A stretch of DNA of 64,000 nt from Flavobacteriales bacterium (GCA_947462725.1 CANHPZ010000001.1:3969-67968), one strand, 5' to 3'; shown: positions 40,901 to 50,871, counted from the first letter of the stretch. Numbers and translations are program-made. The notes: a model not told the origin generated them from the sequence alone.

Positions 40901-41497
40901 TGCCTCCTCAAGGCCAGCCTTCCGCATAAATTCATCGGATTGCTCATATGTTTCAAGGCCAATAGTTTGCTTACCCAACTTTTTCCCGGTCTGATAAATA
41001 TGCATATCCAACCAAGTATCCTCGGCATAATCAAGCGACTGACTATCATCTCCCAGGCGAAATAGCAGATAATTCAGCAAAGCAGGGTCATACAAAAGAG
41101 CATCTTTCAGACGCTGATCCAGATTCGTATTCAAACTAAAAAACCCTCTCAATGCAGGCAGTGGTGAATCGCTAGCTTCCTCATCATAATAATAATCCTC
41201 ATCCGAGTGACCATACATCCCCCAGTATTGCGCGGTTGGATCTTGAAATATGGCCTCCAACCAGGCGTCAGGCTCGAGTTCTAGCGCAACTACATCCACC
41301 GACTCCAACGCGTCATAAAATGGATCGCCCAGTTGAAACGCAAGCCTTCCGCTGATGTGCATCGTTCCGTAGAGATAGGATGGAGACTTCAGACCGTTGC
41401 CGCTCACTTGCCACATGAGACTTTGATACTTCTGTTGCCCAAATACATTGGAAGCTAAGAGCAAAAAACAAATGGAGACAAAACGAATGAGCGTCAT
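37904..41497 (-). CDS. TraB/GumN (Tiki-like) family protein with long C-terminal extension
   Basis: Signal peptide; LMWQVSGNG...SYLYGTMH, GLET, ERN, AAMGCAHLPG..GVI..LR..GY.V motifs; about 900 further aa. Confidence 0.82.
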   Translation of the reverse strand: MTLIRFVSICFLLLASNVFGQQKYQSLMWQVSGNGLKSPSYLYGTMHISGRLAFQLGDPFYDALESVDVVALELEPDAWLEAIFQDPTAQYWGMYGHSDEDYYYDEEASDSPLPALRGFFSLNTNLDQRLKDALLYDPALLNYLLFRLGDDSQSLDYAEDTWLDMHIYQTGKKLGKQTIGLETYEQSDEFMRKAGLEEAMQEDTREWDEGDIAELDLLQMQLEPAYRNQDLDLIDSLTRITSSAAFRKYILEERNKVFIHSMDSVLRGGKSLFAAMGCAHLPGENGVIEILRSMGYRVDPVQKGMRNAKRRKEFDERTFNREFTTHTTADGQLKFQTPTKVYQLDAMSSATSWIALDIANGASYTVMRLKSYASVSGFSNDDVLGLIEGMLYETIAGEIVSNEKIHVGKYPGIDATSRTRRGDYQRYRIVVLPEEVLVMKLSAPGSKVRQGFGSPFFEKLEVATVESEAQTWQAPDGSCSAIMPGHRVFYRHEIERLRDADLEVVSGGVDENYYYLLQRHIIDDPGFLDEDRYELERLLRAYCDDRQLHIESTAFTSVQGLPVLDAKLSDGKNPVQVRFIIQGLNYYAAATNDVDSLRSAEFFASLHCEMPSHSSFSTYRNEELFFSVDLPYVPQASALSTEMLFFNPEPVADPNTPFGTNAAYVLNPPGEAAQVVVDFQRYHEFSDGEDTSSFVREKREMVLGVDMQMLQSNEQWISDGAVLNYTVGDTSCTRRYMHRMLLHNKSMYHLTATYDSVLGPGDFVQRVFDSFQSTDTIFPYPHFDCRDGAYLDALLSSDSVMRRKAVEITSEMDFSASSGGRIRDALAHLNDYDVYEEQLIRNKLIYGLASDTSAANVEFITKEFNSFADSAQYQLDLLTVLLQIKTKSAWQAYGNLVVEEPPIVFDEMGGSGCELLFDSVRLATPLIPKLMQLLAIDEYEESIYHLMAAAADSGWLKPPVYRLYVPQLLVEARNELKRLNASLEGGYAFNSDVLMDYCALLQPLRKEKDVEAFFKKVYSSKKQGLVLDMIAFDFAHNMTVSDSVLAKVARNREYVHELYRLLHKEKQVERMPAPYRTREEMIDVYLKMTDDEESNLVDSISVVSSFAKSIRGVPIQVYYCKTHMKKSNQWLGKVLAFDARDQSDIWPMFLESDRNIVLDTNENAMEEFEKEFLYMEEQNREYVNFGSGGSDFNVQWY

Positions 41498-41602
41498 GAG
41501 ATCTGGACCGGTTCTGACTGTTTGACGTGACCGACTTTGGCCAAAAGTAGGCAGTTCGCACTGCTATCTGCACACAAATGTTCCACATAAACGGAAATCG
41601 TT

Positions 41603-41610
41603 TATTTTTG
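41603..41610 (+). promoter_or_regulatory. -7 element TATTTTTG for the TPR-ribH operon
   Basis: Exact TAnnTTTG match 22 nt upstream of the ATG at 41633. Confidence 0.6.
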
Positions 41611-41632
41611 CGCCCGCACAACTTTGAAAAAT

Positions 41633-42334
41633 ATGTCAAAAGAAGAAATCAAAAAAGAGGAATCAATCCTTGACATCCAACAGGTAGCATCGAAAACCGA
41701 AATGTTCTTCGAAAAAAACCGTAAGTCAATTACTATTGCTATGACAGCTGTAGTGCTTGTGCTTGGTGGCTTTTTCGCTTTTCAATTCCTGTACAAAAAA
41801 CCACGCGAAGTAGAAGCTTCAAACGCTGCTATACGCGCTGACCTTTTGGTTGAAATGGATTCCATTCGCTTAGCAGTTCAAGGAGATGCCAACTTCGAAG
41901 GATACGAGGCAATTGCTGCCAACTACAGCGGAACTAAAGTTGCAGACCGCGCTCATTTCTGGTGCGGAGTATACTACCGAGATATTGCCAAAGATTACGC
42001 AACTGCATTGGATCATTTCAAACAAGTTGGATTCGATGACGAAGCCGTGAGCGTTGAAGTTACCGGTTGCATCGGTGATATGTACGTAATGATGAACAAC
42101 CTTGAAGAAGGTGCATCTTGGTTGGAAAAAGCTGCAAAGCAAGCTAACAATAGCGCAAGCCGCGACTTCACAGGTCCGCTATACAATCTCAAAGCAAGTA
42201 AAGTCTACATGGAATTGGGCAACAACGATAAGGCAATCGCGTTGCTTCAGTATGTGATTGATAACTACGAAAAGCGTTCTCCGGAATACGGTGAATCAGA
42301 AAAGCTTCTCTCCTACCTCAAGGCTAAGGAGTAA
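41633..42334 (+). CDS. Membrane-anchored TPR protein (YfgM-like)
   Basis: One N-terminal TM helix followed by TPR helices; adjacent to ribH and divergent from the recF cluster, a usual Bacteroidota arrangement. Confidence 0.8.
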   Translation: MSKEEIKKEESILDIQQVASKTEMFFEKNRKSITIAMTAVVLVLGGFFAFQFLYKKPREVEASNAAIRADLLVEMDSIRLAVQGDANFEGYEAIAANYSGTKVADRAHFWCGVYYRDIAKDYATALDHFKQVGFDDEAVSVEVTGCIGDMYVMMNNLEEGASWLEKAAKQANNSASRDFTGPLYNLKASKVYMELGNNDKAIALLQYVIDNYEKRSPEYGESEKLLSYLKAKE

Positions 42335-42337
42335 GGC

Positions 42338-42832
42338 ATGGCCACAACAGATTTATCAGCATACCAAAAAGAACACCTTCCCGATGCCAGGTCTATGCGC
42401 ATCGGGATTGTTGTTTCTGAGTGGAACGAAAACATTACCGAAAATCTGCGCAAGGGCTGTGTTGATGCTCTTATCGATTGTGGCGTGGGTCAGCAGAACA
42501 TCCTTATCGCTCATGTACCCGGAAGTTTCGAATTGCCGCTAGGCGCTCAATTGCTGTTTGAAAACAAATCACTCGACGCAGTCATTTGCCTCGGATGCAT
42601 TATACGAGGCGAAACGGCGCATTTCGATTTTGTGAGCCAAGCATGCGCGCACGGGGTTCAAACCCTTTCACTCAAATTAGGAAAGCCTGTAATTTTCGGT
42701 GTACTTACCGATGATACGGTAGAACAATCCATCTCTCGAAGCGGAGGTAGCAAAGGCAACAAAGGAGTAGAAGCTGCTATTACTGCCATCAAAATGGCAG
42801 GTCTCAAGCGTGAATTAGAAAATAACTGGTAA
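42338..42832 (+). CDS. ribH: 6,7-dimethyl-8-ribityllumazine synthase
   Basis: IVVSEWN, VPGSFELP, LGCIIRGET.HFD, FGVLT, GNKGVEAA. Confidence 0.96.
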   Translation: MATTDLSAYQKEHLPDARSMRIGIVVSEWNENITENLRKGCVDALIDCGVGQQNILIAHVPGSFELPLGAQLLFENKSLDAVICLGCIIRGETAHFDFVSQACAHGVQTLSLKLGKPVIFGVLTDDTVEQSISRSGGSKGNKGVEAAITAIKMAGLKRELENNW

Positions 42833-42846
42833 CAGGAATAAGCCTT

Positions 42847-43125
42847 CTATAAGCCAACTTCAATTTCCTGGAACGACAGCTCTTCTTTGCCTTTCTTAGT
42901 CAAACGATAGCCTATGTTGCTCTTGTTCATGATATAACCCTCCAAATACAAGTTTGCAATGCGCTCTCCCAATTGAGCACTTCTCGTTGATTGCGCATCA
43001 TCATGTTCTATGCGACTCCAGAATGCGGTCTCCAACTGACTCAATTTAATAAGCTCGTTCTTATTGTTCTTTTTATAAGTCTGGATAATATCAAGAATGA
43101 CGTAGTCGTATTTGTCAAGAAACAT
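42847..43125 (-). CDS. Small hypothetical protein, possible winged helix
   Basis: 92 aa ORF filling an intergenic gap; C-terminal L..EGYI....GYRLTKKGKE wing-like motif. Confidence 0.65.
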   Translation of the reverse strand: MFLDKYDYVILDIIQTYKKNNKNELIKLSQLETAFWSRIEHDDAQSTRSAQLGERIANLYLEGYIMNKSNIGYRLTKKGKEELSFQEIEVGL

Positions 43126-43373
43126 GGGAAGAAGAGATTGGCCGGTTAATTTAGATGCGCTAGTTAACGCGCTGCTAATATAGAATCAACCTACACCGTG
43201 TTTTGTGAGCAACTCGAAGACTTTTGCTGACAACTTTTCAACCTCCTTGCGCATACTTATTTGTCGAACTTCCTGATAACAGAAAAGCAAAATGCTCCGC
43301 CGCTGAAACTTGTATTACCTTGCATACACAATTCGAATTGATTGATTACTTCAACCGTTTGCTATCACATTCT

Positions 43374-44438
43374 ATGAAAAAAATTTATACTCTCATTTTT
43401 CTAGCCACCGCATCTTACGCGCAGGCTCAAATCACCATCAACAGCAGTCACCTGCCCACAGGGGGCGATTTACTCTACGCACGAGCAGCAACATTTTTGA
43501 CCACTGTTGATTTAGAACAAACGGGAGCGAATCACACTTGGAACTTCGGATTCGATGTGCTACAACCAGGAGCATTGAACGCTGGAACATCGTATGAAAA
43601 TCTCAGTTCACTTTCATTGGTCGATCAACTGATCTTCAACAATCCCTTTTACCCTGAATATGATTCCAACTTTGGACTCGGAACTTCACTCGTCAACAAC
43701 CCGCTGATTACTATTGAAGATGCATATCAAATCTACAAGAACAGCGGTGGTGTTTACGCCGCTACAGGCCTTGTTGCCACAGTAAGCGGAGTTCCCTTAG
43801 CAGCGCAATACCAAGATCGTGATATCATTTATGACCTGCCCCTTACCTATCCAGCATCGGGAAACTCTCACTCAATGCTGAGCTTGGACGTACCTACTGT
43901 GGCTTATTACGGCACCGACCAATACCGCAATTATGTTGTGGACGGATGGGGCACTATCAACATCTATGATCAAAGCTTCGATGTGCTGCGTGTAAGGTCA
44001 ACGGTTACCGGTTTTGATTCAGTGGCCGTCAATTTCAATGGCTTCCCATTCGGCCTTCAAATACCAAAAGACAATACCATCTACCAGTGGATTAGTACAG
44101 CGAATAAAGTTCCTATCCTAGAAGTCATTTCTAGCGGTGGTGGTTTTGGCGGAGCGCAGTTGCAAATTCAGACAGCCGACATCTATCAAGATATGGCCGT
44201 TGCAGAGCTAGCAGGGCCTGTTATTCAACTTTACCCTAACCCATCGAGCAACACACTGCACATTATCGGATTGAATGGAATCACGAACGCATCGGTCTTT
44301 GATGCGCAAGGAAACTCTGTTTGGAAAGGAAGTATCAGTAACGGCCAACTGGATGTATCCCATCTTGCAAGCGGAGTCTACATGTTCCAAGCCGTTGAAA
44401 ACGGAACCTTACGTTCTGCTCGCTTTATAAAGCAATAA
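43374..44438 (+). CDS. T9SS type A sorting domain-containing secreted protein
   Basis: Signal peptide MKKIYTL..AQAQ; GANHTWNF and VDGWGT motifs; CTD LYPNPS..LDVSHLASGVY..RFIKQ. Confidence 0.85.
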   Translation: MKKIYTLIFLATASYAQAQITINSSHLPTGGDLLYARAATFLTTVDLEQTGANHTWNFGFDVLQPGALNAGTSYENLSSLSLVDQLIFNNPFYPEYDSNFGLGTSLVNNPLITIEDAYQIYKNSGGVYAATGLVATVSGVPLAAQYQDRDIIYDLPLTYPASGNSHSMLSLDVPTVAYYGTDQYRNYVVDGWGTINIYDQSFDVLRVRSTVTGFDSVAVNFNGFPFGLQIPKDNTIYQWISTANKVPILEVISSGGGFGGAQLQIQTADIYQDMAVAELAGPVIQLYPNPSSNTLHIIGLNGITNASVFDAQGNSVWKGSISNGQLDVSHLASGVYMFQAVENGTLRSARFIKQ

Positions 44439-45608
44439 TCAATTACCGCAAGGAAAATCCGATGAACCGCTCGGATCGCAGAAATTCAATTCTGAAGTAT
44501 AACTGCTTTGCACTAAGGCACGCAGGTTACCCGAGTTTGGCTGATTATTATTATCGAACGCAATGAGCGGCAAGCTCACTAAGTTGCGTGTACCGCGTGA
44601 AGCGAATAACCCGATGCCATTGGTTACATTGGTATAGATTGGACGCTCCTGGGCTACTCCTGTAGATGGCGTATTCACCTCAATATAGGATTTCAAATCA
44701 TCGTTGCCCAGCGTTAGCATCACATCAAAACACTCGGTGCGCTGCTGTTGTGAGTCGTATGTACCAATGATACGACGAATGCGTTGGTCAGCTGTGAGAT
44801 TGTTTTTTAGGAAGGCAAAGAAGCCTTCACCGCTGAAGGTAATCTTTAGCAACTGGCCGGCTGTGATCTCCTCTTCGTTGATACTTCCGAGATAGTAATC
44901 CAAAAATTTAGGAGTTACACTCAAAGGTGTTCCCGACCAATTATCGTCGGCGTATACCATTTCGGTATAATGAAAGCGCAAGCGAGCATCATACACATTG
45001 GCATTGGTCGCTGCATTCCAACGTACCGCTACTTCTGATGTATAGTTAAATCCACCATTCGTAGAAACCGATGCCAAAATGAATGTTGCGTTCTGCTGAG
45101 GTGTAAGCCAAGAGAAACTTCCGTAACTCACAACTTCTGTTGAGGCATTTACTTCGCGACCATCAGCGAATTCCAAAACGATGCGATAAGAAGAATTCTG
45201 ATCCAAGCCGGGAGCTGAAGGAACGAAATAATACATCGTTTGCTCCGGACCGTAGAAAATACCATTCATCTGGCGGTTGCTGATCGTGGTTGAATGCAAC
45301 TCATATTCCTCTACTACATCACCATCATTGATGCGCTGAACAATTTTTTTTACGAAATCATCATCCTGATATTCCGAGCTATCACGCACCGCTGCGTAGG
45401 CATTGTTATCGCCCTCACCCAAGAAGGTCTTATTGATTTTAATCCATTGCGTGTCCTGAACGGTAATCTGATTATCACCATTGAAATCAGGATCCAGCAA
45501 ACCAAAAATTACCGTTGTGTTTTTATATGGTGCATTCAAATCAACCTCGGTTTCGCAACCAGCGAGAACCAACAAAACAAGTGCAAGAAGAAAAAGACGC
45601 TGTGTCAT
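44439..45608 (-). CDS. DUF4249-like lipoprotein
   Basis: Lipobox LAGC; VIFGLLD near the N-terminus; YTNVTNGIGLFAS near the C-terminus. Confidence 0.72.
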   Translation of the reverse strand: MTQRLFLLALVLLVLAGCETEVDLNAPYKNTTVIFGLLDPDFNGDNQITVQDTQWIKINKTFLGEGDNNAYAAVRDSSEYQDDDFVKKIVQRINDGDVVEEYELHSTTISNRQMNGIFYGPEQTMYYFVPSAPGLDQNSSYRIVLEFADGREVNASTEVVSYGSFSWLTPQQNATFILASVSTNGGFNYTSEVAVRWNAATNANVYDARLRFHYTEMVYADDNWSGTPLSVTPKFLDYYLGSINEEEITAGQLLKITFSGEGFFAFLKNNLTADQRIRRIIGTYDSQQQRTECFDVMLTLGNDDLKSYIEVNTPSTGVAQERPIYTNVTNGIGLFASRGTRNLVSLPLIAFDNNNQPNSGNLRALVQSSYTSELNFCDPSGSSDFPCGN

Positions 45609-45699
45609 ATAGGCAACCCAATTATTTCTGAGGAGTACAAATGTATTCGAAACACGTTATGCGCAAGGCATGAAAATCTCGACTAAGACAATACCGCTT

Positions 45700-46761
45700 C
45701 TATCCGTTTAACCCTAACAAAAACCGAATGGTATCAACACCATCGGCATAATCCCACAAAGCGGGTTGCTGGGCTTGGCCAAACGGAATGTCGTTGCGAC
45801 CAACCACACACTGAATCTCTTCGCTGCGCGCAGCCAATTCCTGGCGCAGGGCAGATTCATTGCGATAGAATTCGTAATAAAGACTTCCTGTAGGCGATGC
45901 AAGTGATTTCTCCTGCTTCAGCAGCAAAAATCCGTTGTCAAGCAATTGCTCATTATTCAGCAGCCAAACCGCCTTGTTGTAATCGTAGTTATTGGCGTAT
46001 TTGTTATGATTAATGATGTCATGGTACCTAAACATAGCCTTGAAAAAACGATCGATGTCGAATTGGTCAGGCACATACAACTTCGACACGCTGCGGCAAC
46101 CCAATCCGAAATAATCAAAAACATCGTTGCCCAAGTCATGCAACTCTTCATCCGTTTCATCACCGGTAAGGATGGCCACACTGGTGCGGCTCTTGCGAAT
46201 GATGTGAGGCAGGTGACCAAAATACTGTTCGAAGTAGCGCCCTGTATTGTTGCTGCCTGTAGCAATGACAGCCTCCATATCATTCATGCGACCCTCTGCA
46301 TACACAATGCGATTCGTGAAGGTCGAATCAAAACCTATCAGTATTTGCAAGAACGCAGGCATCAGTCGATTATCGTCGGTTGACAATTTGATATACGCTA
46401 CATGACCTGTAAGCAACACGCACAGCACATCATGAAGACCAACCATCGGCAAGTTACCTGCGCAGATAATCCCAACTTTGCGAGGTTCATGATTTACCGG
46501 AAAAGAATAGCTCTCTAACCACTTGTACAGTTCAACCGCCTGTAATTGCTTGCTCCATGCGAACAATGCCTTGCGAATGTTGTTTTCGCTGAACCATCCA
46601 TTGTAATGCACGTGAGATTCTATCAATTGCTGAATAGAATTGAACTCATCCGCTGAAATGCCACACTCATAACCTGGCCATTCTTTGGACGCCGCGATCG
46701 CCTCCATGACTTTGCCCCATTGAACAAGGGCATTGATTTGAAATTCGGAAGGCTGCTGCAT
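45700..46761 (-). CDS. Acyl-CoA reductase (LuxC-like)
   Basis: AGNLPMVGLHD, VIATGSNNT.RYF, YFGLGCRSVSK, PALWDYADGVDT. Confidence 0.88.
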   Translation of the reverse strand: MQQPSEFQINALVQWGKVMEAIAASKEWPGYECGISADEFNSIQQLIESHVHYNGWFSENNIRKALFAWSKQLQAVELYKWLESYSFPVNHEPRKVGIICAGNLPMVGLHDVLCVLLTGHVAYIKLSTDDNRLMPAFLQILIGFDSTFTNRIVYAEGRMNDMEAVIATGSNNTGRYFEQYFGHLPHIIRKSRTSVAILTGDETDEELHDLGNDVFDYFGLGCRSVSKLYVPDQFDIDRFFKAMFRYHDIINHNKYANNYDYNKAVWLLNNEQLLDNGFLLLKQEKSLASPTGSLYYEFYRNESALRQELAARSEEIQCVVGRNDIPFGQAQQPALWDYADGVDTIRFLLGLNG

Positions 46762-46810
46762 ACGATGGTTGAGTGTTATTTTTGTGCCGCAAAATTAGAA
46801 AGTATAGACT

Positions 46811-47161
46811 ATGGCTATCATCATTACCGACGAATGCATCAACTGTGGTGCATGTGAACCCGAATGTCCCAACAACGCTATCTATGAAGGAGGCGCTGAA
46901 TGGAAGTATGCTGAAGGAACCGGATTGCGCGGCATCTTCACTCCGCTAGGGCAGTCGGGAGAGATTGACGCCGACGCCAACCAAAATCCGGTGAGCATGG
47001 ATGTCTATTATATTGTTTCTGATAAATGTACCGAATGCGTTGGCTTTCATGACGAACCGCAATGCGCCGCCGTGTGTCCGGTTGACTGCTGTGTTGATGA
47101 CCCGGCGCATCGTGAATCGAATGAGCAGCTGCTAGCCAAGAAGGAATTTATGCACCTGTAA
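46811..47161 (+). CDS. 2x[4Fe-4S] ferredoxin
   Basis: [12 protein letters not shown] and [30 protein letters not shown] promoter element at 46777-46784. Confidence 0.95.
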   Translation: MAIIITDECINCGACEPECPNNAIYEGGAEWKYAEGTGLRGIFTPLGQSGEIDADANQNPVSMDVYYIVSDKCTECVGFHDEPQCAAVCPVDCCVDDPAHRESNEQLLAKKEFMHL

Positions 47162-47179
47162 TTGAAAGGCGCTTGCCTT

Positions 47180-49501
47180 TCAATGAATCACAAACTCATC
47201 GCAAAACAACCAAGATGGTTCGCCGGGAGCGTCGTGCCAAGTGGGGCATACACCATGGTTTTTAGCTATCATGCGCACGAAGCGCGCTGAAACAGGCTTA
47301 GGCAATTTCAATTCAAAGGGAACTGGAAATTCGCCCGGTGTTTTCTCATTCACATCCGATGTTGCGATGCCCACACTTTGCCAATTCTCTCCATCATCGC
47401 TGATTGCATAATCCACCTGCAACGGCAGGAAAATCCACGCATTACCGTAATGAAACCAATTGGAAGAAAGTGACTCTACCCTTTGAGCATTTCCCAAATC
47501 AATCACTGCCGACATGTCAACACCTTGTGCAGCCTGCCAAATGCCATCGCGGAAATTCGGGGTACCTAAACGACCATCATTCATAGCATGCTCGCCACCT
47601 CCCGTGTAATATGGAGATGGGATATAGGCGAGTTTGATGTTTTTATTCCATCCCAAATGCGGATCGTATGACCACTTCAATACTTCCGGATACGATCTTC
47701 CATCCATTTCAACTTGCCACTCCAAAGTGGTTGGTTCTGTTATAGCGATTGGATCTACATAGGGTTCAAAATCGCCCTTGTCATTCTCTTTTACGCTAAC
47801 CACTGCATTGCTGATATTCTTGTTTATCTCGACCACCATGGCAGAGTATTCACCGGGCCTTACAGTTAAATCCATGGGCACCGTGGGAAATCCTGCTGTT
47901 ATGCCCATCGCCTTTAAGATTGGATAATGCTTTTCCACACGTAAGTAAAATGCGTCATAATTGCGCTGATCCGGATATGTCCAAAGCACTTCAGCTAGCG
48001 CCAGGAGTCGAGGAAATACTTTACCATCCACCAGCTCTTGAGGCGCGTGTTCGGTCCACATATTACACTCTCCACCCTTGATGAATTGCTTCTGCGACGG
48101 CGTGAGTGATTCGGGTATTGGATCGAACGAGTAAACTTCACGCAAATCGGTTGCTGCCAATCCATAATCAAAATAACAATGGCTCGTGGGCGACATCACC
48201 ACTGCATGAGATTCTTGGGCGGCGTGCTCACCACCTTCCATTCCGCGCCAGCTCTGCACCATGGCATCGGCGGGAATTCCACCCTCAAGAATTTCATCCC
48301 AACCGATGATGCGCTTTTGCTTGCTCTCCAAAAACTTAGCAATGCGCTCGATAAAGTAAGTCTGCAATTCTGCCTCATTCTTCAGTCCTTCATCTTTGAT
48401 GCGCTTTTGACAACGGTCGCAGTTCTCCCAACGATACTTCGGAACTTCGTCGCCTCCAATGTGGATAAAGGGAGAAGGAAAAAGTTCGCACACTTCAGCT
48501 AGCACATTTTCCAAAAAATCGAATGTCCCATCGTCGCCCGCACAATAGATATCCTTGAAAACACCCCACTCATTTTCTACCTCAATCTTGGCGTGAGTGC
48601 ATCCCAATTCAGGATACGCAGCAATGGCAGCGCTTGAATGGCCCGGTAACTCAATCTCAGGGATAATCACGACATGCCGCTTCTGTGCATAGGCGACAAT
48701 ATCACGAATCTCCTCCTTCGTGTAAAAACCACCATAGCGAGTCCCATCCTTTTCGATGCGCCACGCGCCAATCTCCGTTAGCAATGGGTAGCGGTCGATT
48801 TGTATGCGCCAACCCTGATCTTCGGTGAGGTGCCAATGCAGCACGTTCATCTTGTAATACGCCAACGCGTCGATATAATTCTTGATAAAATCAACACTCA
48901 TGAAATGCCTGCAGCAATCGAGCAGCAATCCTCGGTGTTCGAAACGAGCTTTATCACTAATCAATGCCCCTTTGATGCTTAGAGGCAATGTGAGTTTTTT
49001 CTCTTCAGCTTGTGCGGGGAGCAATTGTCGCAAGGTTTGCACGGCGTAAAAAACACCCTCGTCGTACTCGGCATTCACGAAGATTCCACGTGCACTCACA
49101 TTCATGCGGTACGCACTCTTATCGGCTTGGAGCACGCGTCTGGCCATCGAGTCAGGCATCACTTTGAGGCGTTCAGGAGTAAGGTCAATTTTTCTCTTGG
49201 TGCAACTCAACACGATGACATTGGATTGCGGCATACTATCCATATTCACAATAGAAAAGCTACGTCCGGTGGCCTGGCTCAGCCAATCGGCTAAGAATTT
49301 CGCCTCGGCCATAGCATATGGATTGGCAGCAACAATTGTCGCATCATTCAACTCGAATGCGGATGATCCCGGACTGTAATTTTCAGGCATGGGAATCACG
49401 TTGATCTGAGCCGGCAACTCCTGCCCTGCGAAGGCGAGTGCCACAGTAACTAGGAATACCCGAAATAGAAATTTCATGCGCATCATTGATTGATAAGACA
49501 A
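47180..49501 (-). CDS. GH20 beta-N-acetylhexosaminidase with C-terminal F5/8-type domain
   Basis: HRGLLLDCCRHF, HWHLTEDQGWR, PEIELPGH, HIGGDE catalytic motif, GWDEI, WTEH; C-terminal IDLG...ARFVR...FCDEF. Confidence 0.92.
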   Translation of the reverse strand: MSYQSMMRMKFLFRVFLVTVALAFAGQELPAQINVIPMPENYSPGSSAFELNDATIVAANPYAMAEAKFLADWLSQATGRSFSIVNMDSMPQSNVIVLSCTKRKIDLTPERLKVMPDSMARRVLQADKSAYRMNVSARGIFVNAEYDEGVFYAVQTLRQLLPAQAEEKKLTLPLSIKGALISDKARFEHRGLLLDCCRHFMSVDFIKNYIDALAYYKMNVLHWHLTEDQGWRIQIDRYPLLTEIGAWRIEKDGTRYGGFYTKEEIRDIVAYAQKRHVVIIPEIELPGHSSAAIAAYPELGCTHAKIEVENEWGVFKDIYCAGDDGTFDFLENVLAEVCELFPSPFIHIGGDEVPKYRWENCDRCQKRIKDEGLKNEAELQTYFIERIAKFLESKQKRIIGWDEILEGGIPADAMVQSWRGMEGGEHAAQESHAVVMSPTSHCYFDYGLAATDLREVYSFDPIPESLTPSQKQFIKGGECNMWTEHAPQELVDGKVFPRLLALAEVLWTYPDQRNYDAFYLRVEKHYPILKAMGITAGFPTVPMDLTVRPGEYSAMVVEINKNISNAVVSVKENDKGDFEPYVDPIAITEPTTLEWQVEMDGRSYPEVLKWSYDPHLGWNKNIKLAYIPSPYYTGGGEHAMNDGRLGTPNFRDGIWQAAQGVDMSAVIDLGNAQRVESLSSNWFHYGNAWIFLPLQVDYAISDDGENWQSVGIATSDVNEKTPGEFPVPFELKLPKPVSARFVRMIAKNHGVCPTWHDAPGEPSWLFCDEFVIH

Positions 49502-50190
49502 AACGTATGAATGCCTGCGAGAGCGGCAGTTTCAGTGCGAAGTCGTGCATCGCCCAGACTCACCGACTTGAATTGCGCCGTTTGTGCAAAAGCCACTTCT
49601 GCCTGTGAAAAATCGCCTTCGGGACCAATGGCTAGAGCCGTGCTCAATCCGGCGTTCAATGCATCACGAAGCAGCATGCGCTCTTCGCCCGAATGGCAAT
49701 GGGCAATGAATCGCTGATCTGCATTACACTCCTCCACCCATTGCCGAAAATTACGAACGTCATGGATTGCAGGTAAAACGGTCCGTTGCGATTGCTTCAA
49801 TGCGGCGATGGCCACTCGCCTCAACCGATCAACGCTCATCTTGGAACGTTCCGAATGTTCGCAGGCGAGCAATGTGATTGATCCAATTCCAATCTCCACA
49901 GCCTTCTCCACCAGCCATTCTATGCGGTCGGCATTCTTGGTGGGCGCTATTCCCAAATGCACAGCCACTGCCGAATCTTGTATAAGCAAGACCTCGACGA
50001 CTTGAGCTTTCACATGGTGTTTATCAATTGTCAATTCGGCCTTGAACAATTCACCGCAACCATTGGTGAGTAGAATGGCATCACCGCTTCGCATGCGCAA
50101 GGCTTTCGTGATGTGCGTGGCTTCTGTAGAATCAAGTTCCAGCAAAGCATTTAGAGCTGTACGCTCATCGAAGAAGAATGGTGCACTCAT
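49483..50190 (-). CDS. rsmE: 16S rRNA m3U1498 methyltransferase
   Basis: HITKALRM, EKAVEIG, AALKQS, IGPEGDFS, LG..RLRTETA. Start set at MSAPFFF. Confidence 0.93.
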   Translation of the reverse strand: MSAPFFFDERTALNALLELDSTEATHITKALRMRSGDAILLTNGCGELFKAELTIDKHHVKAQVVEVLLIQDSAVAVHLGIAPTKNADRIEWLVEKAVEIGIGSITLLACEHSERSKMSVDRLRRVAIAALKQSQRTVLPAIHDVRNFRQWVEECNADQRFIAHCHSGEERMLLRDALNAGLSTALAIGPEGDFSQAEVAFAQTAQFKSVSLGDARLRTETAALAGIHTFCLINQ

Positions 50191-50765
50191 TGGGTAAGCA
50201 TGCGATAAAAGGCCAGTTGTGCGCCCAGATAAGGCTCGCGGAAATTCCAATTGCCCACACCAATAAGGCTTAAGCCGCTCTTCTTTCCGAGCAATACACC
50301 GGCTTCTATCTGGATGGGCACTCCAAGGGTTAACCCCGTGATGTATTCGTAATCATAATCAGCGGGACGACAGTACATGCGCACATTAAAACCAAAACCA
50401 ACGCTACCTGTGGCGTACCAATGCTTACCGCCCCAGCCATCACCCCAGAGGACGCCAATTTCAGCCAGTTTATTATGCTTCTCAGTGCACGAGTCATTTG
50501 AAGCTATCCATAATTCTTGGGTGAAGGCAACTCTCGCCTGAACCAATGAAGTTTCGCCGCGTTTAGAATAGGACAACATAGCCTGCCACGACCAGTAGTC
50601 GGATGAATTCATGCCGGCACCCACGCTATACCAACGCTTGCCCCTCAAGGGATTATCGCTATATTGAGCTTTGAAGACTGCACACCACATCAAACCAACA
50701 CACAAGAGTGAAGCATGAATGGACAGTCGGATTGTGGTCGAACCTATATTTCGCAAAAAATTCAT
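50187..50765 (-). CDS. Hypothetical secreted/outer-membrane beta-rich protein
   Basis: Hydrophobic signal followed by alternating beta-strand patterns; 4-nt overlap with rsmE. Confidence 0.6.
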   Translation of the reverse strand: MNFLRNIGSTTIRLSIHASLLCVGLMWCAVFKAQYSDNPLRGKRWYSVGAGMNSSDYWSWQAMLSYSKRGETSLVQARVAFTQELWIASNDSCTEKHNKLAEIGVLWGDGWGGKHWYATGSVGFGFNVRMYCRPADYDYEYITGLTLGVPIQIEAGVLLGKKSGLSLIGVGNWNFREPYLGAQLAFYRMLTQ

Positions 50766-50871
50766 GGTTTGAATGCCTAAGCCAAGCAGCAATAAAGGGC
50801 GAATTTGGGCAAAATTGCCGAGGCCTTTGATTTTTTTTCCAAAGCCTGCTGTTTTCTTGTTGATTGCGACC

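Noticed and set aside
45700..46761. LuxC-like gene as a sign of bioluminescence
   Set aside because: There is no luxAB or luxDE nearby. The divergent acyl-CoA reductase/ferredoxin pair is a familiar Bacteroidota arrangement.
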